DNA of 64,000 bases from Candidatus Binataceae bacterium (lineage in GTDB: Bacteria > Desulfobacterota > Binatia > Binatales > Binataceae), in assembly GCA_030041155.1 (NCBI GenBank), contig JASHOJ010000157.1, forward strand, positions 8,328 to 72,327. Reading direction: 5' to 3'. The notes under the pieces were generated by a model, which was not told the DNA's origin, searched no databases, and saw only the letters and a list, made by a program, of their open reading frames with translations. Positions 43,689 to 53,216 of this stretch are shown here, piece by piece; the stretch's first letter is position 1; each line of letters starts with the position of its first letter. A program made the translations under genes and the position numbers.

Positions 43689-45980
43689 ATGCGGAAGTCC
43701 GACGCATCCCTGCTAACTTCCGCTGCGTGTCTGACATTCGCCGCGCTTTTGTACCTGATCGCGTCCTTGCTCTTATTCGGACGCGGACTCCTCGACTCAA
43801 ATCAATTGATGCAGCTCGGCCACGCGAGCGATCCGTCTCATGACATGTGGTTCTTGAAATGGTGGCCGTACGCATTTTCTCACCATATCAATCCGTTTCA
43901 TACCCGACTCCTCTGGTATCCGGTGGACACCACCTTGATGTGGACCTCGACGGTCTTTCTGCCAGCGGTCGTAATGACGCCGATTACCAACATTTGGGGT
44001 CCGGTTGCCTCTTACAACATCCTGATGCTTGCCGCGCCGGTCCTGGCCGCGACTGCCGCGTTCATGCTGTGCCGTAAGCTCAGCTCCGCGTACTGGCCGT
44101 CAGTGCTCGGCGGGTTCATCTTCGGTTTCTCGCCATACATGCTTACTCACATGATGGGGCATCTGGTGTTGGTGATGATCTTCCCGGTGCCGCTCGCGGT
44201 GCTGATAACGCTGTACCGTATTGACGGGAGCCTTTCGCGGCGCGGATATATCGCGGCGCTTGCCGCCTTGTTGGTGATAGCTTTCCTCTGCAATCCGGAA
44301 ATCCCGACCACCATGACCCTGTTCGGCGCTTTGGCGCTGGGGCTCGGGATGGTGCTGCTGCCGTCTGAATATGAGCTTAAGAAGCTGGTGCCGGAGATCG
44401 GTATTGCGTATGGCCTGATGATCCTGATTGTTTCGCCATTCATTGTGGCGATGCTCGCCTATGGAATGCCTCACGGGATGCTCTGGCAGGTGAGCGCGTA
44501 CTCGGCCGATCTTGTCGGGTTTGTGATTCCGGCACTGACCACCGCGATCGGTGCGATACCCGCCATTTCGCACATTTCCAATAAGTTTACCGGGACCATT
44601 TTTGAGAACACCGCCTGTCTGACTATTCCACTGCTGGTTATCGCGGCGGTCTATCTCTGGTCCACCTGGAGATCGGCCGGCAGCAAGCTTCTTGCACTGA
44701 TGCTCGTGTGCATCTGTATAGCCGCTATGGGACCGCGGCTGCATCTCATGGGTCAGATGAAGTTCTGGATGCCGTGGGCTATCGCTGAGCGAATGCCCTT
44801 CCTCAAGCAGGCGCTCCCGCTGCGGTTGATGCTGTACGCGTTTCTCGTGCTCGCGATTGTCACCGCCATGTGGTTTGCGAAGTCCTGCGCCAGCACGCGA
44901 ACAAAATGGATAGCGGCGGTTTTTGTGGTTGCGTTTCTGCTTCCGAACCCCTCGTCGGCATTCTGGGTCTCGTCGATCTCCGATCCGCCGTTCTTTTCCA
45001 AGCACATCTATCGGGACTATCTCACCCCGGATGACGTCGTGCTTCCCCTGCCCTGCAGGGACTACGGATACGAGATGCTATGGCATGCGCAGGCGGATTT
45101 CTCATTTCGGATGGTCGGCGCATGGATCACCGAAGTGCCGTATCAGTTCCGTCGCCTGCCAATCGAAGAGTATTTTATGCGCGTGTTCGACCTGCCAGAG
45201 GCACCCGAGCATCTGAAGGCCTTCCTTGCGCATTATCACGTCACAGCGGTGGTGGTTGATCAGAATAACATGGATGTCGATCGCTGGAGCAGTATCCTTG
45301 CCGATATCGGTCTCAAGCCGATCGAGACCGGCGGAATTCTACTCTATCGAGTTCCCCAAAGCGCCTTTTCCGCCTACGCCAGGATCAGCGCAGAGCAACT
45401 CGAGCAGCGTGCCGCCGAAATGCGATTTCAAATCGTGGTTAACGCCGCGAATAAATATCTCGAAGATGGTGGAGACATCTGCCGTCTAAAGAGTCAAGCT
45501 CTTTTCGATCACGATCTCCTTCCCGCCGACTGGCCCGATTACGGGAAGTTGCCGCCGGTGCGGTTGGTCGAGCCTAGATACCGGCATAGCTGGACAATCT
45601 CGGGCTCGAAGGCCGGGATCGTGATAATAACATTGAACGGCACCAGCATCGCGCTCGACCCACTGCGCGCCAAATATGACTGCGTTGCCAATCGAATCAT
45701 CTTCCCCTTTCCGTTTCGTGATCGCGATCCCGGTTTCCCCCCCAAGGGATTCCCGTTGACCATGCTGATGGTCTTCAAGACCGAAGCCTTGCATGTGATC
45801 GCCCAGCGGTTCTCGACCCAACGCGTCGCCGAGCCTGCCGATAAATTCTGGCCCCAAGGCAACATCCCCACGTCCACCCGCCGGCCCACACAGACCGGGG
45901 TCTTGAACATCATCTACGATCGCTCGCGCGATTTCGCACGACCCGCGATTGCGTCGGCACCAACCGCGAGTGGACGCTGA
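43689..45980 (+). CDS. polytopic membrane protein, paralog 2
   Basis: 763 aa, colinear with paralogs 1 and 3 over the full length. AGGAG leader conserved. Confidence 0.8.
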   Translation: MRKSDASLLTSAACLTFAALLYLIASLLLFGRGLLDSNQLMQLGHASDPSHDMWFLKWWPYAFSHHINPFHTRLLWYPVDTTLMWTSTVFLPAVVMTPITNIWGPVASYNILMLAAPVLAATAAFMLCRKLSSAYWPSVLGGFIFGFSPYMLTHMMGHLVLVMIFPVPLAVLITLYRIDGSLSRRGYIAALAALLVIAFLCNPEIPTTMTLFGALALGLGMVLLPSEYELKKLVPEIGIAYGLMILIVSPFIVAMLAYGMPHGMLWQVSAYSADLVGFVIPALTTAIGAIPAISHISNKFTGTIFENTACLTIPLLVIAAVYLWSTWRSAGSKLLALMLVCICIAAMGPRLHLMGQMKFWMPWAIAERMPFLKQALPLRLMLYAFLVLAIVTAMWFAKSCASTRTKWIAAVFVVAFLLPNPSSAFWVSSISDPPFFSKHIYRDYLTPDDVVLPLPCRDYGYEMLWHAQADFSFRMVGAWITEVPYQFRRLPIEEYFMRVFDLPEAPEHLKAFLAHYHVTAVVVDQNNMDVDRWSSILADIGLKPIETGGILLYRVPQSAFSAYARISAEQLEQRAAEMRFQIVVNAANKYLEDGGDICRLKSQALFDHDLLPADWPDYGKLPPVRLVEPRYRHSWTISGSKAGIVIITLNGTSIALDPLRAKYDCVANRIIFPFPFRDRDPGFPPKGFPLTMLMVFKTEALHVIAQRFSTQRVAEPADKFWPQGNIPTSTRRPTQTGVLNIIYDRSRDFARPAIASAPTASGR

Positions 45981-46020
45981 GGCGGAACAAAAAAATCGCT
46001 AGCGGCAAGAGTTCAATCTA

Positions 46021-48255
46021 GTGCGGAAGTCCGAAACATCTATACTAACTTCCGCTGCCCGGCTGATATTTGCGGCGCTTCTGTACCTTGTCGCGTCCCT
46101 GTTCATATTCGGACGCGGACTTCTAGACCCGCATCAATTGATACAGCTCGGCCATACCAGCGATCCCAACCAGTACATGTGGTTTTTGAAATGGTGGCCG
46201 TACGCATTTTCTCACCACATCAATCCCTTTCATACCCGACTCCTCTGGTATCCGGCGGACACCACCCTGATGTGGACCTCTAACCTGTTTCTGCTGGCAA
46301 TCGTGATGACGCCGATTACCAACATATGGGGTCCGGTCGTCTCCTATAACATCCTGATGCTCGCCTGCCCGGTATTGGCCGCGACCGCCGCGTTCGCGCT
46401 GTGCCGAAAGCTTAGCTCCGCCTATTGGCCCTCGGTGCTCGGCGGGTTCATCTTCGGTTTCTCGCCGTACATGCTGACGCACATGATAGGGCATCTGGAC
46501 CTGGTGGTGATTTTCCCAGTGCCGCTCGCGGTGCTGGTAACGCTCTACCGTCTTGACGGGAGCCTTTCCCGGCGCGGATACGTGGCGGCGCTTGCCGTAG
46601 TGCTGGCGATTGCTCTGCTGTGCAGTCCGGAAATACCAACCACCATGACCCTGTTCGGCGCTCTGGCGCTGGCCTTGGGGATCCTGCTGCTGCCGGCTGA
46701 ATACGGACTTAAAACGCTGGTGCCGGAGATCGGTATTGCGTACGGCCTGATGATCCTGATCGTTTCGCCGTTCCTTGTGGCAATGTTCGCCTATGGAATG
46801 CCGCACGGGGTGCTCTGGCCGGCGAGTTGGTACTCGGCCGATCTGGTCGGTTTCGTGATTCCGACAAAAGTCACGGCAATCGGCACGATTCCAGCGATCG
46901 CTCACATTTCCAGTGAATTGGGGGCGCTGAACGAGAACACCGCCTGTCTGACTGTTCCACTGCTGGTTATCGCGGCGGTCTATCTCTGGTCCACCTGGAA
47001 ATCGGCGGGCAGCAAGCTCCTCGGACTGATGCTCGTGTGCATCTGTATCGCGGCGATAGGCCCACGCCTACATTTCATGGGCGAGATCAAGTTCTGGATG
47101 CCATGGACCATCGCCGAGCGAATCCCCTTCCTCAAACAAGCCCTGCCGGTGCGTTTTACGCTGTACGCCTTTCTGGTGCTGGCGATCATCACCGCCATGT
47201 GGCTGGCTAACTCTCCGGCCACCACTCGGATGAAGTGGGTTGCGGTAATCTTTGTAATCGCGTTCCTGCTTCCAAACCCCTCGTCGGCGTTCTGGGTCTC
47301 CCCGCTGTCCGATCCGCCATTCTTTTCCAAGCACATTTATCAGGACTATCTATCTCCAGATGACATCGTGCTCACCCTCCCTTACAGCTACTACGGATAC
47401 GAAATGTTGTGGCACGCGCAGGCGGATTTCTCATTTCGGATGGTCGGCGCATGGATCACCGAGGAACCGTATCAGTTCCGCCGTCTGCCAATCGTGGGAT
47501 ATTTTCAGCGCGCATTCGATTTGCCGGAGGCGCCCGAGCATCTAAAGGCGTTCCTTGCCCATTATCACGTCACCGTAGTGATAGTTGACCCCAATGATAT
47601 GGATGCCAATCGCTGGCGCGGTATTCTGGCCGACGTCGGTCTCAAGCCGATCGAGACCGGCGGTATTCTGCTCTATCGGGTTCCGCAGAACGCCTTTTCC
47701 GCCTACGCCAACATCAGTGCCGATCAACTGGAGCAGCGAGCCGCCGCGATGCGATTTAGAATTGTCGTCAACGCTGTGAACCAATACCTGAAAGATGGTG
47801 GACAGATCTGTCATCTGAAGAGTGAGGCTCTTTTTGACCGCGATCTACTTCCCGCTGACTGGCCCGATTACAGGAAGGTGGCGCTGGTACGGATGATCGA
47901 GCCTAGATACGCACATAGCTGGAACATCTCGGGCTCAAAGCCCGGGATCGTGAGTATGACATTGAACGGCACCAGAATCGCTCTCGAACCGCTGCGCGAC
48001 GAATATAGCTGCGCCGCCACTCGTATCGTGTTTCCATTCCCATTTCACAACCCGGACCCCGGCTTTCCGCCCAAGGGATCGCCTCTGACCATGCTGATGA
48101 TCTTCAAGACCGAGGCTTTGCGTGAGATCGCAGGTCGGCTCTCGACTCAGCGCGTTGCTGAGTCAGCCGATAAATTCTGGCCTGACGGCAACACGTCCAC
48201 CTCCGTGCATCCGGTTGGATCCGACAATTTGTCTAATATCGGATACCATCAGTGA
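46021..48255 (+). CDS. polytopic membrane protein, paralog 3
   Basis: 744 aa, GTG start, colinear with paralogs 1 and 2. Confidence 0.8.
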   Translation: MRKSETSILTSAARLIFAALLYLVASLFIFGRGLLDPHQLIQLGHTSDPNQYMWFLKWWPYAFSHHINPFHTRLLWYPADTTLMWTSNLFLLAIVMTPITNIWGPVVSYNILMLACPVLAATAAFALCRKLSSAYWPSVLGGFIFGFSPYMLTHMIGHLDLVVIFPVPLAVLVTLYRLDGSLSRRGYVAALAVVLAIALLCSPEIPTTMTLFGALALALGILLLPAEYGLKTLVPEIGIAYGLMILIVSPFLVAMFAYGMPHGVLWPASWYSADLVGFVIPTKVTAIGTIPAIAHISSELGALNENTACLTVPLLVIAAVYLWSTWKSAGSKLLGLMLVCICIAAIGPRLHFMGEIKFWMPWTIAERIPFLKQALPVRFTLYAFLVLAIITAMWLANSPATTRMKWVAVIFVIAFLLPNPSSAFWVSPLSDPPFFSKHIYQDYLSPDDIVLTLPYSYYGYEMLWHAQADFSFRMVGAWITEEPYQFRRLPIVGYFQRAFDLPEAPEHLKAFLAHYHVTVVIVDPNDMDANRWRGILADVGLKPIETGGILLYRVPQNAFSAYANISADQLEQRAAAMRFRIVVNAVNQYLKDGGQICHLKSEALFDRDLLPADWPDYRKVALVRMIEPRYAHSWNISGSKPGIVSMTLNGTRIALEPLRDEYSCAATRIVFPFPFHNPDPGFPPKGSPLTMLMIFKTEALREIAGRLSTQRVAESADKFWPDGNTSTSVHPVGSDNLSNIGYHQ

Positions 48256-48283
48256 ACAGCGCTCGGCACCTAATCTAATCAGC

Positions 48284-49051
48284 TCACTCGGTTTGGGGAG
48301 GGATGTTTCGCTCGACCTCCGCCCATAGCTTGATTCCGCCAAGCAGGCCCTCAAGATTGCTTACGATCTTCACGTCGGACGGAAGCTTTATCTTGATGTG
48401 CTTCGTATTCCCGCCGCCGATATACAACCGATCGTAGTTGAACATCCTATGCAGGTCGCCAATCGCCTCCTCCAGCATCCGATTCCACCTTTTGCCGCCC
48501 TTCTTCTTTAACGCGCGCGCCCCGAGCTCATCCTCATAAGTCCGGCCTTTATGAAACGGATGATGCGCGAGCTCCAGATGGATCCGATGTCCGTCGACGA
48601 AGATTACCGATCCGACTCCAGTTCCCAGGGTGATCACCAGCTCGATTCCGGTGCCCTGCACGCTGCCGAGGCCCTGGATGTCGGCATCATTCGTGACCCG
48701 AGTGGGAGCGCTGAGCTTCTTCTTCAGCGCCGCGGCCAGGTCGAATCCTTTCCATCCTTTGCCGAGATTGGCCGCGGTATAGATGACGCCGTCCTTGACC
48801 ACGCCCGGAAATCCCGCCGAAACTCGCTGGAAAGGACTACACGCCCGCGCGAGCTTGCGAATAATTGCGACCACCTTGCGGGGCGTCGCATGCTTCGGCG
48901 TCGGGATTCGATGCCGGTCGGTGACCGGCTTGCCGCTCTCGTCCAGCGTCTCGGCCTTTATTCCCGTACCTCCGATATCGATCGCGAGAGTCAGGATCTG
49001 GCTGCTTTTCTTGTCCGAGGCGGTCTTCCTGGTTCTGGCCGGCGCTGCCAT
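48284..49051 (-). CDS. ppgK: ROK-family polyphosphate glucokinase
   Basis: 255 aa. IDIGGTGIK, NDADIQGLG, TLGTGVGS, and the HHPF...YE..LG tail typical of PpgK. Confidence 0.8.
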   Translation of the reverse strand: MAAPARTRKTASDKKSSQILTLAIDIGGTGIKAETLDESGKPVTDRHRIPTPKHATPRKVVAIIRKLARACSPFQRVSAGFPGVVKDGVIYTAANLGKGWKGFDLAAALKKKLSAPTRVTNDADIQGLGSVQGTGIELVITLGTGVGSVIFVDGHRIHLELAHHPFHKGRTYEDELGARALKKKGGKRWNRMLEEAIGDLHRMFNYDRLYIGGGNTKHIKIKLPSDVKIVSNLEGLLGGIKLWAEVERNIPPQTE

Positions 49052-49233
49052 CTTGTTCCTCCACTTAAGTTTCTGTGTGCGATGCGGATGTTATAGCGCA
49101 TCGTGGTTGCAGTTCGATCCCGAAGCGATCGCGCGATCGCCCACGATGCTTATAGCTCAGCCGGGCGAGCGTCCGCATTCGCGCGGGCACCCCACTTTCG
49201 AGGCTTGGCGCCGGCGTGCTAACTAGGCGCGGC

Positions 49234-50592
49234 ATGAATGACGTGCGAAATCCCGCCGGCGCCTTCGGCGTACGCAGGGTCCGCGGGATAGTTGAAAATC
49301 TCTTCCAATTGGAGGCGCACCGCACGACCGTTCGGCGCGAACTGGTTGCCGGACTCACCACGTTCGTGACGATGTCCTACATAATCGCGGTCAATCCCGC
49401 GATTCTCGCCGCCGCCGGAATCCCTGAAGGCCCTTCGATGGTGGCGACGATCGCAACCGCCGTGTTCGGCACGCTTGCGATGGGATTGTACGCAAATCGC
49501 CCGTTCGCGATCGCGCCCTACATGGGCGAGAACGCCTTTGTCGCCTACACCGTGGTGCGCGTGCTGGGCTATTCGTGGCAGACAGCGCTTGGCGCGGTTT
49601 TGATCGCGGGGATCATATTTTCCGCGCTCACCATCGCGCGCATCCGGCAGTGGATGGTCGAAGCGCTGCCAGCCGGCCTCGCCTACAGCTTCGCCGCCGG
49701 AATCGGCCTCTTTCTCGCCTTTATCGGGCTGAACGAATCGGGTCTCGTGCGGCTCGGGGTGGTGGGAGCGCCGGTCAAGATCGGAGATCTCACCTCGCCC
49801 GCCGCGATGATCGCGGTCCTGAGCTTCGCCGCGATTGCGACCCTGATGCTAAGAAAGGTGCCGGGCGCGATTCTGCTCGGAATTCTCGCCGCTTCTATCG
49901 TCGCGTTCTTAACCGGCGTGGCGCGTGCTCCCGCCGCATGGGTCTCGATGCCGCCGAATCCGGCGCCGATCATGTTAAAGGCGAGCCTTTCCAGCGCGCT
50001 CGACGCGGGCTTTTTTGGCGTCCTGCTTTCGATTTTCGTGATGGCGCTGATCGACACGATGGGGTCACTTATCGGCGTGTCAGCACGCGCCGGATTTCTT
50101 GACGAACGCGGCGCGCTGCCGGAAATCGAGAAACCGATGCTGTGCGACGCGCTCGCCACCATCTTCGCCGCGCTCGCTGGCACAACCACCTCGGGCGCGT
50201 ACGTGGAATCCGCCGCGGGAGTTCAGGCGGGCGGCAGGACCGGATTGACCGCCGTAGTCGTCGCGGCGCTGTTCGCTGCGACGCTGTTCTTCTCGCCGCT
50301 CGTGATGGCGATTCCGGCCGCCGCTTATGGGCCCGCGCTGGTGATCGTCGGCACTCTGATGATGGCGCCGATCGCGAAGATCGATTTCGATGATCCTACC
50401 GAACTGATCCCGGCGTTCACCGTGATTGCGCTGATGAGCTTTACCTACAACATCGGCATCGGGATTACCGCCGGTCTCGTGCTGTATCCGGTATTTAAGC
50501 TGATCGCGGGGCGCGCGCGTGAAGTCAGCTCTGGATTGTGGGTGCTTGCGGGACTCTCGGCGCTGTTCTTCGTCTTCTATCCTTACAAGTAG
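49234..50592 (+). CDS. NCS2/AzgA-family purine (adenine/guanine/hypoxanthine) permease
   Basis: FQLEAHRTTVRRELVAGLTTFVTMSYIIAVNP is the family N-terminus. About 12-13 TM helices. ATG 49234 preferred over GTG 49216. Confidence 0.85.
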   Translation: MNDVRNPAGAFGVRRVRGIVENLFQLEAHRTTVRRELVAGLTTFVTMSYIIAVNPAILAAAGIPEGPSMVATIATAVFGTLAMGLYANRPFAIAPYMGENAFVAYTVVRVLGYSWQTALGAVLIAGIIFSALTIARIRQWMVEALPAGLAYSFAAGIGLFLAFIGLNESGLVRLGVVGAPVKIGDLTSPAAMIAVLSFAAIATLMLRKVPGAILLGILAASIVAFLTGVARAPAAWVSMPPNPAPIMLKASLSSALDAGFFGVLLSIFVMALIDTMGSLIGVSARAGFLDERGALPEIEKPMLCDALATIFAALAGTTTSGAYVESAAGVQAGGRTGLTAVVVAALFAATLFFSPLVMAIPAAAYGPALVIVGTLMMAPIAKIDFDDPTELIPAFTVIALMSFTYNIGIGITAGLVLYPVFKLIAGRAREVSSGLWVLAGLSALFFVFYPYK

Positions 50593-50628
50593 CGGCTTGC
50601 GGATGCCGCAGTTCGTTCTGCTGGCGCG

Positions 50629-52695
50629 CTACTCCCGCTCCGCCATCAGCAAGGCGCCGGCGCGGCGCTGGGTATGAGTCTCAACCCTGAGCTTGCGCGC
50701 CTGCTCATTGAAAAGCTGCGCGTAGACGCCGCGGCGCTCGATCAACTCCGCGTGCGTGCCCGACTCAACCAGCCGTCCGCCGTCCAACACCACGATCACG
50801 TCCGCATCGACGGCGCTGGCGAGCCGATGCGCGATCAAAAACGAGGTGCGCCCCTTCATTAGGCGGCGAACCGCGTCGTGGATCAGATTTTCTACTTCCG
50901 AGTCGAGTCCCGAGGTCGCTTCGTCAAGAATCAGGATCGGCGGATTTTTGAGGAACACGCGAGCGAGCGCCAGCCGCTGACGCTGCCCGGTCGAAGGGCG
51001 CACTCCGCCCTCGCCAATCACGGTATCGAGCTTCTCGGGCAGCGACTCGACGAAATCGCGGATATTCGCGCGCTCCAGCGCGAGCCATACTTCCGCATCG
51101 CGCGTCCCCGGACGACCGTAGAGCACATTTTCGCGAATCGAGGCGCTGAACAGCACCGCATCCTGCGGCACGATCCCGATCGAATCGCGCAGCGACTTCT
51201 GAGTCACGGTCGAGATATCGACTCCGTCGATTTTGATCGTGCCCGCCGACGGCTCATAGAAGCGCGGAATGAGGCTCGCGAGCGTGGTCTTGCCCGCGCC
51301 GGACCGCCCGACCAGCGCGACCGTGGTTCCGGGAACGACGCGCAGGTTCACGTCATGCAGGACGATGCGCGCTGCGCCGCCTTCATACGGCTGGTAGGCG
51401 AAGCTCAGACGATCGATCAGCACCTCGCCGCGGCTGACCGTCAACTGTTTGGCGCCTGGCATATCCTTGACCTCGGGAGTCTCGTCGAAGAAGCGGAATA
51501 TCCGCTCGATCGCGGCAAGCGACGTCGCGACGATAATCGACAGTTCAGAGTAACGCTGCAGCGGCAGATACAGCGAGCTCAGGAATCCAAAGAAGGCCAC
51601 CATCGTTCCGACTGTCATCCGATGGTGCAGGATAAAGATCGCGCCCGCCCAGATGACAATTAGCGGCGCGGTGCGGCCGATAAATTCGCCGCACATCTGG
51701 TGAGTCGAGGCAAGCCGTACGTTGCGGATTGTCAGATCGTAGAGCTCGGTGGTGCGGGTGAAGAATCGGCTGGCCTCTTCCCGCTCGCGTGCGAACGATT
51801 TGACCGTGGCGACACCTGCCACCCGCTCGTGCAGTTCGCCCGAGAACGCTTCCACCGTCTCCTGCAAGTCGTGGCTCGCCTCCTTGATCCGCGGCGCGAG
51901 CAATCGAATGACCGCGATATAGAACGGCACGATGATGAGCGAGATCCACGCAAGCCGCACATCCAGCTTGAACATCAGGTACAGAACCGCTCCCAGCGAC
52001 GCCGCATCCATCCAGGTGTTGATCATCCCGGAGCCGACGAAGTTCTGCGCGCTTGCAATATCCGAGATGAAGCGCGAGACGATTCCGCCAGACGCGTTGC
52101 GGTCGAAAAACGAATGCGACAGGCGCTGCATGTGAATAAACAGCGCGTACCGGAGGTCGAAAATCAGGCGATGCCCCGCCATGCTCGCCCAGTAATTGCG
52201 AAAATACGTGGCGACCGACTGCAAGATGAAAATCAGGAACATCGCGGCGGTCAGCGCTTCCAGCTTGGGAATTGGTCCGGCGCCAAGATGTAGAGCAGCG
52301 GCAAGCGCGGTACAGCCGCTGTCGAAAAGCTTGTTCATGTGGTCGAGCTTCCCCTCGGGCACTAGCAGCACGTCGATTACGTACTTGAACGCGAGCGGGA
52401 ACATCAGGGGCAGCGTGAATTTCAGCACCCCCATGAATGCGCCGCCCGCTACCAGCCACGCATGCGGGCGCACGTAACTCAAAAAACGCCATAGCGCCGA
52501 GTTTGGAAACAGCCGCGAAAGCCATCCGCGGCGATTGGGCTCGGCCGCCGCCGGTGCGGGAGGCGGATCGGACTCGATCAGCGCCGCCATCGCGGCGTCG
52601 GGTTCGTCGGGGTCGTCGGCGAAGTCGTCCGGCAAATCGGAATTCTCCGGCATCGCCCCTGCTCCGGACGTTGCAGAAATTGATTTGTCAGGCAT
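50629..52695 (-). CDS. ABC exporter, fused permease-ATPase (MsbA-like)
   Basis: ATG 52695. Acidic/Pro-rich N-terminal extension, 6-TM domain, Walker A GRSGAGKTT, signature STGQRQRLALAR, Walker B ILILDEATS. Confidence 0.85.
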   Translation of the reverse strand: MPDKSISATSGAGAMPENSDLPDDFADDPDEPDAAMAALIESDPPPAPAAAEPNRRGWLSRLFPNSALWRFLSYVRPHAWLVAGGAFMGVLKFTLPLMFPLAFKYVIDVLLVPEGKLDHMNKLFDSGCTALAAALHLGAGPIPKLEALTAAMFLIFILQSVATYFRNYWASMAGHRLIFDLRYALFIHMQRLSHSFFDRNASGGIVSRFISDIASAQNFVGSGMINTWMDAASLGAVLYLMFKLDVRLAWISLIIVPFYIAVIRLLAPRIKEASHDLQETVEAFSGELHERVAGVATVKSFAREREEASRFFTRTTELYDLTIRNVRLASTHQMCGEFIGRTAPLIVIWAGAIFILHHRMTVGTMVAFFGFLSSLYLPLQRYSELSIIVATSLAAIERIFRFFDETPEVKDMPGAKQLTVSRGEVLIDRLSFAYQPYEGGAARIVLHDVNLRVVPGTTVALVGRSGAGKTTLASLIPRFYEPSAGTIKIDGVDISTVTQKSLRDSIGIVPQDAVLFSASIRENVLYGRPGTRDAEVWLALERANIRDFVESLPEKLDTVIGEGGVRPSTGQRQRLALARVFLKNPPILILDEATSGLDSEVENLIHDAVRRLMKGRTSFLIAHRLASAVDADVIVVLDGGRLVESGTHAELIERRGVYAQLFNEQARKLRVETHTQRRAGALLMAERE

Positions 52696-52902
52696 GCAGA
52701 CCAAGCTAGCAGCCCTGCACAAACGATTAAAGCAGCGAGGTTTTGTTCCAATCCACAGCCTCCGGCCCACGCTCCCCCGCCGTTGCGCCCGAGACGTTCT
52801 TTCGTCCAGGCGGCGATCGAACTGACCGGATTTTGGTCTCAAATCCTGGCGAAGATGCCGCAATATCAAGGAGCCGACGCGGCCACGCGCGCGCGGGTGG
52901 TT

Positions 52903-52926
52903 TGAGGCTGTCGATCGACAGCCTCA
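52903..52926. repeat. perfect 24-bp palindrome
   Basis: TGAGGCTGTCGA|TCGACAGCCTCA. Confidence 0.9.
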
Positions 52927-52949
52927 GAGATGGCCCTTAAAGGCCCCTG

Positions 52950-52979
52950 GAAGCGCTTCAAAAGCGTTGGCAACGCTTT
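52950..52979. repeat. two adjacent palindromes
   Basis: GAAGCGCTTC (52950..52959) and AAAGCGTTG-G-CAACGCTTT (52961..52979). Confidence 0.9.
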
Positions 52980-53216
52980 GCAGGAGCATGGATACCAGCC
53001 AGAGGCAAAAATCGCTCAGAACGCACGGAAAGGCCCTCCAATGCGAAAAATGCGTTTTTCGGCCACATTTTGCTATTTTTTGCTGACTAACTGTTAGTCA
53101 TCGCCTGATGTCACCGTGTCAGTTCGCTTTTCCTGCGCTTTTGCATTCTGCAAACCTCGCCATCGCTCAAGAGTCGGCTTATCATTGCGCTCGGCGGACC
53201 AGAGCCGCCCACGCTG

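Noticed and set aside
41082-48255. Repetitive 7-kb region considered as a possible CRISPR-like or mobile repeat array
   Set aside because: The repeat unit is about 2.3 kb and is a complete protein-coding gene. No short repeat-spacer periodicity, inverted terminal repeats or transposase were seen.
49052-49233. Purine riboswitch upstream of the NCS2 purine permease
   Set aside because: I could not find the three-way junction or the conserved junction sequences expected for guanine/adenine riboswitches. Only a single long hairpin is present.
52967-52981. TGGCAA-CGCT-TTGCA in the palindromic spacer
   Set aside because: The spacer is one nucleotide short of canonical, and the sequence is better explained as part of the AAAGCGTTG-G-CAACGCTTT palindrome.
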